In this document: positions 12,417 to 26,152 of the stretch, piece by piece
Layout: each line of letters begins with the position of its first letter
Numbering within the stretch: the stretch's first letter is position 1
NCBI RefSeq assembly: GCF_004010195.1
Contig: NC_057719.1
Location: forward strand, 6,720,846 to 6,784,845
Origin: Chiloscyllium plagiosum
Taxonomy: Eukaryota
DNA: 64,000 nucleotides
Reading direction: 5' to 3'
The notes under the pieces: model-generated
Database searches by the model: none
Told to the model about the DNA's origin: nothing
Seen by the model: the letters and a program-made list of their open reading frames with translations, nothing else
Program-made: the position numbers and the translations under genes

Positions 12417-12929
12417 ATCTGACGCAACAACTTGCGATGCTATAGCAACTTCAATATAGTGAAACGTCTCAAGGTGCTTCTGCAGCAGAGTTATTAGATA
12501 AAAATCTACCGAAATGTGACTGAGTAATATAGGAGATATTTTAACAGGTGGCCAATAGCTTTGTCAGAGAGAGAAACTTTAAGAGGTAACCTTAAAGGAA
12601 AAGAGAGGCAGAGAGGTTTAGTTAGGAACTTCCCAATCTTAAAGCCCAGGAAGCTGAAGGATACATCTCGATGACTCTATGGCACAGCCTAATGGTAAAG
12701 TGATTAAACTGGGGGCTGCACGAGAGGTCAGAATTAGGGGACTGTAGAAATTGCAAAGATTGTCGGGGACTTGACAGGGTAAATGCGGAATGGTTGTTTC
12801 CCCTGGTGGGACCACCTAGGATCAGAGGGTTTAATCTCAGAACAATTTAAGACAGAGAAAAGAAGAGTTTTCTTCTCTTAGAAGGTGGTGAATCTGTGGA
12901 AATCTTTACCACAGAGGACTCCCAACGGG

Positions 12930-13775
12930 AAGCGGTGGTCCAGTGGCATTGTTGCTGGACTGTTAACCCAGAGACCCAGATAATGTTCTAGGGACCAGGG
13001 TTCAAAGCCTGCTATGGCAGATGGTGGAATTTGAATTCAATAAAAGTCTCAAATTATGAGTCTAATGATGATCACAAATCCATTGCCAATTGTCGGAAAA
13101 ACCCATCTGGTTCACTGATTCCCTTTAGGGAAAGAAACAGCTGTCCCTACCTGGTGTGGCTTACATGTGACTCCACAGTAATATGGATCAGTGGTGCTGG
13201 AAGAGCACAGCAATTCAGGCAGCATCCGAGGACGGGCAAAATCGACGTTTCGGGCAAAAGCCCTTCATCAGGAATAAAGGCAGAGAGCCTGAAGCGTGGA
13301 GAGATAAGCTAGAGGAGTGTGGGGGTGGGGAGAGAGTAGCATCTTGCAAGGATGCCTGCCTTGAAGACGTTTTCCTCCTCTCTCTACAAGAATCTCAGGG
13401 AGTCTCTCTCCCACTGCAACTCCCAGGTCATTTCCTCAGCCCTGAAGCTCTTCAACCATGTCCTGAAACCAACTACTCTATGCTACTCTCTCCCCACCCC
13501 CACCCTCCTCTAGCTTATCTCTCCACGCTTCAGGCTCTCTGCCTTTATTCCTGATGAAGGGCTTTTGCCCGAAACGTCGATTTTGCCTGTCCTCGGATGC
13601 TGCCTGAATTGCTGTGCTCTTCCAGCACCACTGATCCAGAATCTGGTTTCCAGCATCTGCAGTCATTGTTTTTACCTCGTTTTTTCCACAGTAATATGGT
13701 TGACTCTAAACTGCCCTTGGAGTAATTAGGAATGGGCAATAAATGCTGGCTCTCTTCCATGGATGAATTAAAAAT
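12930..13775 (+). mobile_element. tRNA-derived SINE with L2-like tail, split by a PLE insertion
   Basis: A-box-like TGGTCCAGTGG and B-box-like GGTTCAAAGCC; the body continues after 13699. Confidence 0.75.
13187..13684. mobile_element. Fold-back PLE family A' insertion with two intact hammerhead cores
   Basis: About 159-bp inverted arms (13184-13342 and 13480-13638). Cores at 13244-13271 (-) and 13551-13578 (+). TSD TCCACAGTAATATGG at 13172-13186 and 13685-13699. Confidence 0.9.
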
Positions 13776-14001
13776 AGTCTGCTATTTTAGGAATTTTAGT
13801 TCAGAGTCACTGAGTTGGAAATCGAGCTACAAACACTATAGCAAATCAGGAAGGGGACTGGTTACCTCATCATTTTGTTTCAGGATTTGAAAACTTACCT
13901 TAGGGTATGTCAGGAACCAGAGTGTGTTACAGGAAGTCAGCACATTGTGATGGAGGAGCCTTAATCATCAATTAAAAGGTGCTTGCTCTCTGTATAGATG
14001 A

Positions 14002-14239
14002 GGTTAAAAATCACATGACACCAGGTTATAGTCCAACAGGTTTATTTGGAAGCACAGGCTTTCAGAGCACTGCTCCTTTATCAGGTAACTAGTGGAGTGG
14101 ATCCTACTCCACTAGTTACCTGCCGAAGGAGCAGCGCTCTGAAAGCTTGCTTTTCCAAATAAACCTGTTTGACTATAACTTGGTGTCGTGTGATTTTTAA
14201 CTTTGTCCATCCCAGTCCAACACCGGCACCTCCACATGA
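14002..14239. mobile_element. Fold-back PLE family B insertion
   Basis: Inverted arms centred on CAGGTAACTAGTGGAGTGG-ATC-CTACTCCACTAGTTACCTG (14082-14122). Hammerhead cores are decayed. TGTATAGA occurs on both flanks. Confidence 0.8.
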
Positions 14240-14329
14240 TGTATAGACAAGATGAAGGATTCTGGAGTGGATGAACAGACCTACCATGGCAGCTTGGTGA
14301 AGAACATCACTCAAACGTGTGGGCAGGTG

Positions 14330-16550
14330 ATGCAAGGAATCTAGTTATGAAGGGAAACAACATAGTCAGGGAAAGATACAGTTTCTGCACCTAACACAGG
14401 AGCTCAGGAAGTTGTGTTGCCTAGTTGGTGCCAGGGATAAGGATACCATCTCGTGGCTGGAGAAGAACTTGGGGAGAGTGGGAGGATCCAGTTGTTGTAG
14501 TCCACAAGAGAACCAACAAATGGGTAGAACTGGAATGATGTTTTACTGATGGAATTTGAAGAGTTTGGGTACAAATTAAGACCCAGAGCATCTCTGGATT
14601 GTTACCTGAGATCTGTATCAATTAGTTTGACTTGAAAAACCAAAACATAGCAAGCAAGATCCATCCATGGCTCACTCAGGGAGGTGAGGATAATTTTGGC
14701 TCAAAAGAAGCAGTTTAAATGTTGCAAAGAACAATACCAGGTCTGGTATTGAATACTGTGAGTGTTGTAGAAATCAGCAAGGATGTAGCAAAAAAGTTGA
14801 TCTGGCAAAAAGAAATAGAGTATGAGAGTAAGCTAGCAACGAATATAAAAATGGATTGTACTGGCTTTTGGGAAAATATAATGATGTGGAGGTGCAGGTG
14901 TTGAACTGGGGTGGACAAAGTCAAAGCTGAAAATGTGTTGTTGGAAAGCTGCACTTTTCCAGCAACACGTTTTCAGCTCTGATCTCCAGCATCTGCAGTC
15001 CTCACTTTCTCCTGGACAAAGTCAGAAGTCACTGACAACTGGTTATAGTCAAACAGGTTTATTTTAAATCACAAGCTTTTGGAGCACTGCTTCTTCATCA
15101 GGACTGTAACCTGCTGTCGTGCGACTTCTGAATAAGAACATTAAAAGAAGTTAATAGTCACTTAGAAGCAGAGATGGAAATATTATTATGGGGAATAGGA
15201 AATGGCAGAAATATTGACCAAATATTTTGTCTGTCTTTATAGCACAAAGGCACAAATTTTGTACTAGTATTAGATGATAACCTAAGAGCTTAAAAATGTG
15301 CTTAGTTTTACTAAAGGGAAATCCTTTTCATAAATTTATTAGCGTTCTTTGATGATGTTGCTAGTCAGATACATGAAGTGAAGCCAATAGATATAATATA
15401 CCTGGATTTCTGAATAGCATTCGATAAGATGCCATACAATAGAATAATAGGAGAGAAAATGGCTTTTGAAGTAACGTGTAAAATATTAGTGTGCATGGAG
15501 GATTTGTTAATGGACAGGAATCACAGGGTGGGCTAGACATCATTTTCAAGTCTGCAAACAGCGAATTGCAGAGTGCCATAATAATCAGTGCTGGCCTCTC
15601 AATCATTTACAATCTAAATTTGGAATGAAGTGTCAGAGAGTAATGTATCTACATTTGTGAATGATACAAAGTTAGGTGGAAAAGTCAGTTATGGGAAGGG
15701 TACAGAGAAGCTGCAAATAGATATAGACAGTAAAAGTGAGTGGGCATCAAGAAGATAGATTAATTATCATATCAGTAAGTATGAAGGTATTCACTTTGAT
15801 CATAAGAATAGTGAAACAAAATGTTTTAAATGTGTCAAATTTGTCAGAATTGATGTTCAAAGGCTTGGGTGTGATTGGACCAGGAATGCAGGAACTCAGT
15901 AGGCAGGTGCACTAATTCAAAAGGTGATTGGCATGTTGACCTTAATACAAGAGGATTAAGGTATAACAATAACAAACTCTTGCTAAAATTTTTTCAGGGT
16001 CTTGGTGAGAGCACATTTGGACAACGTGCATAATCTCCACATTACAAAAGGATATACTTGCATTGGAGGTGGTACAATGAAGGTTCACAAAACTATTCCC
16101 TGGCAGGAGGCAGTTGTCCTAAAACCAGAGGCTTAGTAAATTGATTGTATATTCTCTGGAGTTTAAAAGAATGGAAGGTGATCTTATTGAGACATTCAAG
16201 TCTCTGAAGGGACTTAACAGGGTAGAGAGTTTGGTTCTGCTGGCGAGGAATTCTAAACTGTAGATCACAAACTCAGTACAAGGGGCCAAGGACTGACATG
16301 AGGTGAAATTGCTTCATTCAGCAGTATGTGAATTGATGAAATTCTCTACCTCAGAGGGGACTCTGGGTGATCCATCATTGAATCCATTTAAGGCTGGGAT
16401 AGATAGACACTTGGAGTCTCAAGGGATCCGGAGAGTGAGCAAGAGAGTGGAGCTGAAATCCAAGGCCAGCCACGATTGAATTGAATTAGCAGAGAAGGGT
16501 CAGTGGGCTGAAGGATCGACTCCAGCTCTTCTTTCTGCTGTTCTTGTAAA
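14330..16550 (+). mobile_element. Highly decayed, internally deleted CR1 LINE (ORF1 esterase, RT and 3' end remnants)
   Basis: DPVVVVHKRTN (esterase-like) near 14485, IYLDF near 15395, FVNDTKLGG near 15655, and a CR1-like 3' end. Confidence 0.7.
14882..15130 (-). mobile_element. PLE family B fragment containing a nested family A fold-back (14924-15012)
   Basis: The nested piece is flanked by TGGACAAAGTCA at 14912-14923 and 15013-15024. Confidence 0.8.
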
Positions 16551-18171
16551 CCTTCTCTCCACGGTCTCAGTCAACTTCTTAAAGAATGGTGCCCAGAATT
16601 GTACCCTTAATATAACTCGTGATTCAAACAGCAGCAGATTTCGCTGAGGTTGATCGTCAAGCAAATTGTCCCTTTAAGAGTGCATTGTGACATTCTGTCT
16701 TCTGATTTATTTCACTGGTCGGGATCCTATAGGAGTGCCCCTGCAATATGACCTCATTGTTGTTCTTCTCTGATGAGCTGAATCATACTGTTTCCATTCA
16801 AGCAGTGACTGCTCTGATAATTGATCTATTTATATGAGTTTTAATGGTAAAGCCATCTCTACTGTTTTTGTGTTTCTATTCAATACCATGGAATGGTATA
16901 GAAAGGCAATGAATGTGTTTGCCTGTGTATTGCTCTCAGGCAGTCATGATTCATGCAGCACTCAAATGGTCAGGTAAACCACAGGGATACAGATCGTGAT
17001 GCGAAGGAGCTGATGTAAAGGACATTTTGGGAATTTCACTGTCTCAGAATCTGTGCTTCCCGATACAACAAAGTTTTGGAGGTGAGGGTGAGAAAAGAAT
17101 ATCAAAGAATTTCTTTGGGGGAAAGAATATCAAACAAGCACAGGAACACAGCAATTTCAGCAATGACTCTGTACAGCATTTATGTAGCACCTTTTATATT
17201 AACAAAATGTCACAAAATTCTTCACAGGAGCTTCATCAATTCACTCCCACCTTCTCCCAGGCAATTAGAGATGAGTAATAAATAGTATCTACTCAACAAC
17301 ACTATATCTCATGAAAGAATTGTAAAAAAACAGATAATATTAGGGAGGAGACCAAAACTTCAAAGGAGTAAGTTTTAAAAGGATTCTTAAAGGGAAATAG
17401 TGAGGCACTTTATAAATGAAGTTGTTGTTGTTCCAGAGATGTTCCAAGAAACGGGAGGAAGGTACCAGGTGTGTTTGAGCTAAATTAGTCTACAAGCAGA
17501 TGGACATGTTGCTTTACACAGTTTAACACAGTAACTTTCTATCAGATGGTATGTGATTTGCCAAACTCAATATATAAGCTTCCCGTGAACAGTTAAAGTC
17601 AAACCTATTTCAAGATGTTGGCTCCTCACAGAACTTGCTTGCTTAATGACCCTTGGCATATCCTCTTACGTGTGTTAAAGGGACTCAGGGATGTCCTCAG
17701 AGCATGCCTGAAGAGATTAAACGACCTCTGGTCATTCGTGGCGGCCCCTGGATTATGACCGAGAAGGCTGATTCGGAAAGGCACCAGGAACGTGCAGAGA
17801 CTAAGTCAAGCTGTCGGAGAGATTGTGCAAATGCATCTACACAAGCCTTCCAACTAACATTGCCTGCCTTGCATGTGCCAGAATTGGCAGATCACTCACC
17901 ACAGTTGTCAGCCATCTCAGCACACATCAAACTTAAATTTAAACAAGTCATACTCAGTCTTGAGGGACTGATAAAGAAGAAGGGGAATCATTGTAAAATG
18001 AAAGAATAGCAATCTTCATGACCTCAGGACATCCTGAAGCATTCTGCAGCCTTTTAGCCACTTCTTTAATGCATAATGTGCAGCGGCCAAATTGCATACA
18101 ACAAGGTTTCACAAACAGCAATGTGATAATAAAAGCAAAATATTGCAGATGCTTGACATCTGAAATTAAAA

Positions 18172-18491
18172 GTCGAGAGTGTGGTTGGAAAAGCACAGCA
18201 GGTCAGGCAGCAACCAAGGAGCAGGAAAATCGACATTTTGGACACAAGCCCTTCATCAGGAAACCTGGGTGGGTGCAGTGAGAGAGAGAGAAAAACCACT
18301 GAGATCCCTGTAGAGAAAGGAGGAGAACTTCTTCAAACCGGGCAAACTTGGAAGAGGCTTCGCAGTCGGGTTGAAATCAATTAGGAGAAAGTGAGGACTG
18401 CAGATGCTGGAGATCAGAGTCGAGAGTGTGGTGCTGGAAAAGCACAGCAGGTCAGGCAGCAGGAGAATTGATGTTTTGGGCATAAGCCCTT
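18172..18491 (-). mobile_element. PLE family A in tandem arrangement: pLTR - internal segment - pLTR
   Basis: Two same-strand pLTR copies are separated by a segment similar to 13343-13479. Flanked by CATCTGAA(A/C)TTAAAA at 18157-18171 and 18492-18506. Confidence 0.75.
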
Positions 18492-20798
18492 CATCTGAAC
18501 TTAAAATACAAGGTGTTCAAAAAACTCAGTAAGGCAGCATCTGTGAAGAGAGAAACAGAATTAGCATTTTGAGTCCAGAACTAGGGTGTAGAACTGCATA
18601 ATGTGAGTTAGATGGACTGTTTTGTTAATGGTTATGGGGTAAATTTTGGTTCTGAACCTCAAGTTCTTTGAGTAATACCATTGGAATCTTTTAATTTCTA
18701 CTTTTTGATTTGTTCACGGGATGTAGACTTCACTGAAGATCAATTACCCTGGTGCTGGTGAGGCACCTATTTGAATCACTGCAGTTCATGATGTTCAGGG
18801 ACACTCACAATGCCATTGGCGACGAAGTTCAGGATTTGGATCCAGTCACAGTGAAGAAACAGCGATATATTTCAAAATCAGGATGGGATGTGGCTAAGAA
18901 TTAGAATTGGGTTTATTGTTACATGTATTGAAGTATACAGATGCATGATTACAGCAAAAAGTATACAAAGTCACAACTTCTGGTACCATCTTCAGTACAA
19001 AGATACCTATGTACAAATCTTAGGTATAAATTAGAAAAATGAAGAAATAAAGTTAAGAGATCAGCATTACAGACCTAAAGTTCTAAGGCAGGGAGTACAC
19101 GCTGAGTTTCATCTTGGGGTCGGGAGTCCATGAGTCCATGTTGGGCTGGCTTGAAAGGGAACTTTCAGATGGTGGTCTTGTCCTTGTAAGTATTGGTTCC
19201 AGTTTGGAAGCTGCTGCCAAAGGAACTATGGTGAGTTGTTGAAGTGCACTTTGTGGATTCAACTTTGCACTGGTGGTAGAAACTTAATCAAGGAGAACAT
19301 TAGAGCTGTTGGAAAGACAGGTTGTTCACCAAACTCATAAAAATTGTATTTGAAAGAAAGATGTGAGGCTACAAAGAAGCTTAATATCTGACCATTTGAA
19401 GAAGCAAATGTTTTCAGTCGTGATTATTAACCCAAGTTTTAATTATTGAAATGAAATAGCTCCTTGCTTCTTTTAATGGAAGGTGCCAAAAGCAGGGAAG
19501 ATAACCATTGACTGAACAGCAACAACATCTTGAGCTTATGTGGCTGAGTAAAATATTTCCAGTTGCTTCACGAGATGATTATCCGCAGGAATTAAAATCC
19601 TACACACCTACACAAGGGAATATGAGGACAGATGCCCTCCCAAAATGGTGGGTTTTTAGTAACATCCTAAATTTAAAGAGGTGCAGAGACAAAGAGGTTT
19701 AGGGAGGGAATTTCAGTGACAATGGTTTCATCAACTGCTGCCATGGCCGCTCATAGTCAGACAAAGGAAATTAGGGATGCTTAAAGGGTTGCCAACTCTG
19801 GGTAGACATATACCTGGGGATATTGTTGCCTGACCGCTTGCCTCTAACTGTCCCATCTGACGTCGCTGTCAAAGATGCCCATTGAGGTGGTGAATCATCT
19901 TCCTAAACTGATTGGAAAAGGAAGAGCCTCAACCCATATAATTTCAGAATGATTGCAGCAATAAAGGAGGCCATTTAGCTCATCATGTCTGTGCCAGCTC
20001 TCTGTAAAAGCCACTCAACCTGTCCCATTCTTCTGCCTTTCCCCCATGGCCCCAAAGTTCTTTCATCTTAAATAGAAAAATTCATGAATGTCAGTCCAAC
20101 TTCCTCCCCACGTCATAGAATCGTAGAATCCTTACAATGTGGAAGTAGGCCATTCAACCTACTGTAGTATCATGGTTTTGTAACTAATGAATAAAGTTTT
20201 TAAACAATTTTCTTAACAATGGTGAATTTCCCATGCAATCCTGTCCTGGCACTTTGTCCTTAATCCTCAGGGACTCCAAACCATGAACATGATCAGGTGA
20301 TCACAGTTGGAGGAACGCTGAATTCTTGGAGGAATTAGCGGGCTTGACAAGGTCGAGTTCATGGAGGGATTTGAACATCAGTATGACCATTTTAAACTCA
20401 GGCTTTTGTTAATGTATTGGTCGTCTCCAGCTATTGCACAAACTGCAACCTGTTTCTGTTGCTCCCCAGCTGCACAGCACTGATCTGAAGTATTCATTGG
20501 TAAGCAGGCAGGCAACAAGAGACAATATGACTCCCAAGCCTGCCCCTCCTCCCCCTCCTCCTGAGACCTTCCTGATGTTACTTCAGATGAATCCAGATGG
20601 TCCCCCAGTTTAATGGGTTCCATATTCTCAATGCGATCCGGAAGCAGCAAGGCTGTGATTAAAAACTGTGCGGTGCTATCTAAAATCCCCACATGGATGC
20701 CTTCTGCCATAGTAACGGCCTCTTACACAGACGTTGTATTTCTGTGGTTCTATCATTCTCCTGCCTAGGGTCGCAAAGAGATTAAACAAGTAGCCTCC

Positions 20799-20819
20799 TG
20801 TGTGTGTGTGTGTGTGTGT
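20799..20819. repeat. (TG)n microsatellite
   Basis: About 10 TG units. Confidence 0.9.
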
Positions 20820-21219
20820 ATGAAACAACATTGCAGTCTGTGGGATGTGTATTAATTGAGTGGGGTAGAGATATAAAATGCTTGCTTGTCATTTGCTCAC
20901 TTCCTTTTAATTTTAAGTGTTTGAAAAATAATTAGTTTCTCCTCACTACTTTTTCTCTTCTCCTCAATCACTCTTGCTTTCCTCTGAAAGGCACTGAAAT
21001 GAACCGTGCTGGAGGCAATTCTGTTGTCAACTCAACCAAGCAGTCATTCCTCACGTTCCACTCCTCACAGGTTGCCAGCAGCCTAGCAAACTCTGGAAAG
21101 AAGCTCAGCCAGCCCCAAATCTGCCCTCATGTGGCATCATTGCTTTCTAAAGGAGCTCACTGGATAAGAAGAATAAACTTGCATTTCCATAACGCCTCTC
21201 ACAACCCTATGATTTAGGG

Positions 21220-21965
21220 GAGACAAAGTGGTGTAGTGGTAATGTCATTGGACTAGGAATTGGACTGCTACAGAAAACCAAAACATTGAATTTTTTCAAG
21301 AAGGCGCTAGAGTCATAGAAATGTACAGCATGGAAATAGACCTTTCAGTCCAACCCTTCCATGCCGACTAGATATCCCAACCCAATCTAGTCCCACCTGC
21401 CAGCACCCGGCCCATATCCCTCCAAACCTTTCCTATTCATATACCCATCCAGATGCCTCTTAAATATTGCAATTGTACCAGCCTCCACCACATCCTCTGG
21501 TTGGATAGTTCTTAAAATCAAAGGGTATGGGGAGAAAGTGGGAACAGTTTACTGAGTTGGATGATCGATCATAATCATATTGATTAGCAGATAAAGCTCA
21601 ATGGCCTACTCCAGGTCCTAATTCTCTATGTTTCTGTGTAAGTGCAGAATACTGCTCTGGGGACACAGGTTCAAATTTACCATGGTATTCAATCAATAAC
21701 AATCAGGATTCAAATCCTTATTTCTGTGATGATGACTATGAATTTATCATTGATAGTGATAGAAACCCATCCAGTTCACTAATGTCTTTTAAGGGAAGGG
21801 AATCTGCTGTCCTTACTCAGTCCAATCTACACGTGACTCCAGACCCACAGCTATTTGTTTGACTCTTAACTGCTGACTGAAATGGCCCAACAGACCACTC
21901 AATTTGAGGCAATTAGGTCAACAAACGCTGACTTTGTCTGTGATGCCTACATCCAATGAAAGAAT
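21220..21965 (+). mobile_element. tRNA-derived SINE interrupted by CR1 tail fragments (about 21309-21640)
   Basis: GTGGTGTAGTGGTAATGTCA head; the body resumes near 21650. Confidence 0.7.
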
Positions 21966-22811
21966 AAAAAACCTCTCTGGTTTGTCTGGTTATGGTGGCA
22001 CCTCTGATAGTGCAACTCTCCCCCAATACTCCACCAGGAGTGTCGCCCTGAAATACACGCTTGTGGCTCCAAGTTGGGACTTGAACTAGTAATCTTCTGA
22101 CTTAAAGATGAGCATGTTACCCTCTGAACTCCAGATCGTAACAGGGACCCCAGTTTGTGTTTCTTGTCCCTCTTCCAATCCCAGGTATGCTGGAGACAAT
22201 TCTGAGGCACTAATTTACAATTCTGGCCAAGAGCAGTTGCTGCTACTCAATTGTCTGAGTTGTTCCTGTGGCACATAACCAGCTAATGTCCCTAGTGCTT
22301 TTAGCTCAAGGGAGGCCAGTAGTGAAGCACAGAAAACCATTCTCAATGAGCCCGTTTAAAGAAATCATTCCATGGTTGAGATTCAATAACATAATTGTCA
22401 ATCCGTGGCAGTAGGCCTTTCCCTATGATCACACTGGCAGGTATAACGGGCTCAAGTCTGAGAGAGATGTGGCTGCAGCAAATGCTTTAGAATCGGGGTG
22501 GGGTGGTGAGTTGGCGTAGAGACAGTGGCATTTGGCAATGTCAGCTGCAGGAGGAAATTAAAGTCAATGAATTCACAAACCTGGAAATTAAAACTGGGAA
22601 TGGTGACGATGATGACTATCATCAGTTGTCATTAATAATCTGTCCAGTTCTCACTTATGGGAAGGAAATCTGCTGACCTTACCTTGGGTTTCACCTGGAG
22701 GCCAAAAGGCCTTCAACATTATGTTGTGAGATTCATTGCAATCGTGAACCTGTTGCTATAGAGCAGTTCATCAACACCGAGGCTGGAGGATTGGGATTCC
22801 ACAAGATCTTG

Positions 22812-23490
22812 AAGTGCAGATTCATAGTTTCTTGAAAGTAGATTCGCAGGGAGATAGGACAGTGAAGTAGGCGCTTGGTATGCTTTCCTTTATTGGTCAG
22901 AGCATCAAGTATAGGACCTGGGAGGTGATGTTGTGGCTGTACTGCACATTGGTTAGGCCACTTTTGGAATATTGTGTGCAATTCTGGTCTCCCTCCTGAT
23001 GGAAGGATGTTGTGAAACTTGAAAGGGTTCAGGAAAGATTACAAGGACATTACCAGGGTTTGAGGGTTTGACGTATAGGGAGAGGCTGTTCTCTGGAGAG
23101 TTGGAGGCTGATGTGTGACCTTCTAGAGGTTTATAAAATCATGAGGGGCATGGATAGGGTAAATAGACAAGTTATTTTTCCTGGGTTATGAGTCCAGAAC
23201 TAGAGGGCATAGGTTTAGGGTGAGAGGGGAAAAATTTAAAAGGGACCTAAGGGGCAACTTTTTCACGCAGAGGGTGGTATGTGCATGGAATGAGCTGCCA
23301 AAGGAAGTGGTGGAGGCTGGTACAATTGCAACATTTAAAAGGCATCTGGATGGGTATATGAAGGGTTTGGAGGGATATGGGCTGGGTGCTGGCAGGTGGG
23401 ACTGGATTGGGTTGGGATATCTGGTCGGCATGGACAAGTTGGACCGAAGGGTCTGTTTCCGTGCTGAACATCTCTATGAGTCTATGACTG
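22812..23490 (+). mobile_element. CR1 LINE 3' portion
   Basis: LVRPLLEYCVQFWSP; ORF 23220 RGNFFTQRVVCAWNELP; TCTATG-type tail. A second, related 3' end follows at 23642-23940. Confidence 0.9.
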
Positions 23491-24977
23491 TTTGTCACCT
23501 CCAGACTTGTCTTTTCCAATGCATGGATGGTCTCCACATTCTACCCTTTGTAAATCTGTGGTCATCTGAAGCATTGCTGCCTTTGTCATGCCTCATATCA
23601 TATCCCATTCTTCTATGAGCCTTGTGCTTACTGACTTGTACTGGGGTCGGGGAGTCCAGAACTAGAGGGCATAGGTTTAGGGTGAGAGGGGAAAGATATA
23701 AAACCTAAGGGGCAACTTTTTCACACAGAGGGTGGTGCGTGTATGGAATGAGTTGCCAGAGGAAGTGGTGGAGGCTGGTACAATTACAACATTTAAAAGG
23801 CATCTGGATAGGTATATGAGTAGGAAGGATTAGAGTCTTGAGGCCAAGTGCTGGCAAATGGGACTAAGCTAGTTTAGGATATCTGGTCAGCATGGACAAT
23901 TTGGACCAAGGTGTCTGTTTCCATGCTGTATATTTCTATGAGGCTAAGAGAGTTCTTTCAGAGTCCAATAATTTTCCCTTGGCATTTAATCTGCTTGGAT
24001 CATTTATTTCCACCAATTTGGAGGGATTGGGGCTGGGTATTGATGGGGTTGGGGGACTAGGATGGCATGACAAGAATCCATTGACCCCATCAAACCAAAA
24101 CATCTTTTGGATTGAGGAGCAGGAGATCAAAGTTGAAACTTTATTGCTGGAACAGCACAGCAGGTCAGGCAGCATCCAGGGAACAGGAGATTCGTTTCGG
24201 GGGGCACAGGTGCAGGTCAGGAAGGCGGTGCCGGGCTGGAGGGATTCGGCTGAGACAAGGTGGGGGGAGGGGGGATGGCACCAACATATCGCATATGACA
24301 GACCCTATCTGTCAAATGTCAGTCTTAGAACTAACACAGCAAGAGTGGTCCTTGCTAAACAGTTTGAGAATAAGCCCAGGGCCCCTGGTACAGTCAATGT
24401 CCATCCTTGGAGCCTCAGTACAAACTCTTTGTACACCTGTGGAGGGACACAAACAATGTTGCACATTTACTGAAGAGTGTCCCCTCTACTAGCAAAATGG
24501 CTGACCAATCACCTTCAACTCCGCAAACGAGGGGTTGGACAATCCAAAGGTGTTAAATGCAGTGTTACTGGCTTTATTAATGGGGGCATTGAGTACAAAA
24601 AGGTGACGCTGATCTTGTGTAAAACAACTGGTTAGGTCTCAGCTGAAGTATTGTGACAGTTGTGAGCACCACATTAAATGAAATGACGCCACATTGGATA
24701 TAGTGCAGAAGTGATTCACAAGATGGCTCAGGGAATGAGAAACCTCACCCATGGGAACAGATTGAAAACACTGGGACTATTCTCCTTGGAGGCTGAGAGG
24801 AGAACTGATAGAGGATTTCAAAATCATCAGTGGTCTAGACAGTGGAGATTGGGATAAATTGTTCCATAAAAGAAACACGAATGAGAGGGCATCAATTTAA
24901 AGGGATCTGCAAATCAAGCAAGGGTGATGTGAGAATAAATTTTAGTTAGGACCTGGAATGCACTGCCTGGAAATAAT

Positions 24978-25475
24978 GATATGGAGGAGCCGGTGTGAAC
25001 TGGGATGGACAAAGTTAAAAATCACACAACACTAGATTATAGTCCAACAGGTTTATTTGGAAGCACTAGCTTTCGTAGGACTACTTCCTCAGGTGGTTGT
25101 GGAGCATAAGAACATAAAACACAGAATTTATAACAAAACATTATGGTCTCTGGATCAGTGGTGCTGGAAGAGCACAGCAGTTCAGGCAGCATCTAACGAG
25201 CAACGAAATCGACGTTTCGGGCAAAAGCCCTTCATCAGGAATAAAGGCAGTGAGCCTGAAGTGTGGAGAGATAAGCTAGAGGAGGGTGGGGGTGGGGAGA
25301 AAGTAGCATAGAGTACAATGCGTGAGTGGGGGAGGAGATGAAGGTGATAGGTCAGGGAGGAGAGGGTGGAGTGGATAGGTGGAAAAGGAGATAGGCAGGT
25401 CTGGTTTCTGCAGCATCTGCAGTCATTGTTTTTGCCTCCAAAACATCAAAGTGTCATGCAACTGAAATGATCCAG
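24978..25475 (-). mobile_element. PLE family B fragment with a nested family A' fragment (about 25150-25437)
   Basis: Family B terminus at 24978. The nested piece has an intact minus-strand hammerhead core at 25211-25238. Confidence 0.8.
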
Positions 25476-25479
25476 GTTT

Positions 25480-26152
25480 GTTCAATTGATACGGAACTGG
25501 CTAGAAACTAGAAAACAAAGGGTGGTGGTGGAGGGTTGCTTTTCAGCCTGGAGGCCTGTGACCAGTGGAGTGCCACAAGGATAGGTGCTGAGTCTACTGT
25601 TTTTTGCCATTTATATAAATGATTTAGATGTGAACATACAAGGTATGGTTAGTAAGTTTGCAGATGACACCAAATTTGGAGGTGCAGTGGACAGCGAAGA
25701 AGGTTCCCTCAGAGTTCAAGAGGATTTTGATCAGATGGGCTGAGGAGTGGCAGATGGAGTTTAATTTAGATAAATGTGAAGTGCTGCAGTTTGGAAAAGC
25801 AAATTATAGCAGGACTTATACACTTAATGGTAAGGTCCAAGGGAATGTTGCTGAACAAAGAGACCTTGGAATGCAGGTTCATAGCTCCTTGAAAGTAGAG
25901 TCACAGGTCAATCAGATGGTGAAGGAGGCATTTAGTATGCTTTCCTTTATTGATCAGAGCATTGAGTACAGGAGTTGGGAGGTCATGTTGCGGCTGTACA
26001 GGACATTGGTTAGGCCACTGTTGGAACATTGTGTGCAATTCTGGTCTTCTACCTGTCAGAAGGATGTTGTGAAACTTGAAAGGGTTCAGAAAAGATTTAC
26101 AAGGATGTTGCCAGGGTTGGAGGATTTGAGTTGCCAGGGTTGGAGGATTTGA
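25480..26152 (+). mobile_element. CR1 RT fragment
   Basis: VTSGVPQG, SKFADDTKFGG; ORF 25658-26152 WAEEWQMEFNLDKC...LERVQKRFTRMLPGL. Confidence 0.9.

Noticed and set aside
23892..24473. 193-aa ORF
   Set aside because: It is a patchwork across a CR1 tail, a PLE fragment and unique DNA, with no recognisable domain or splice structure.
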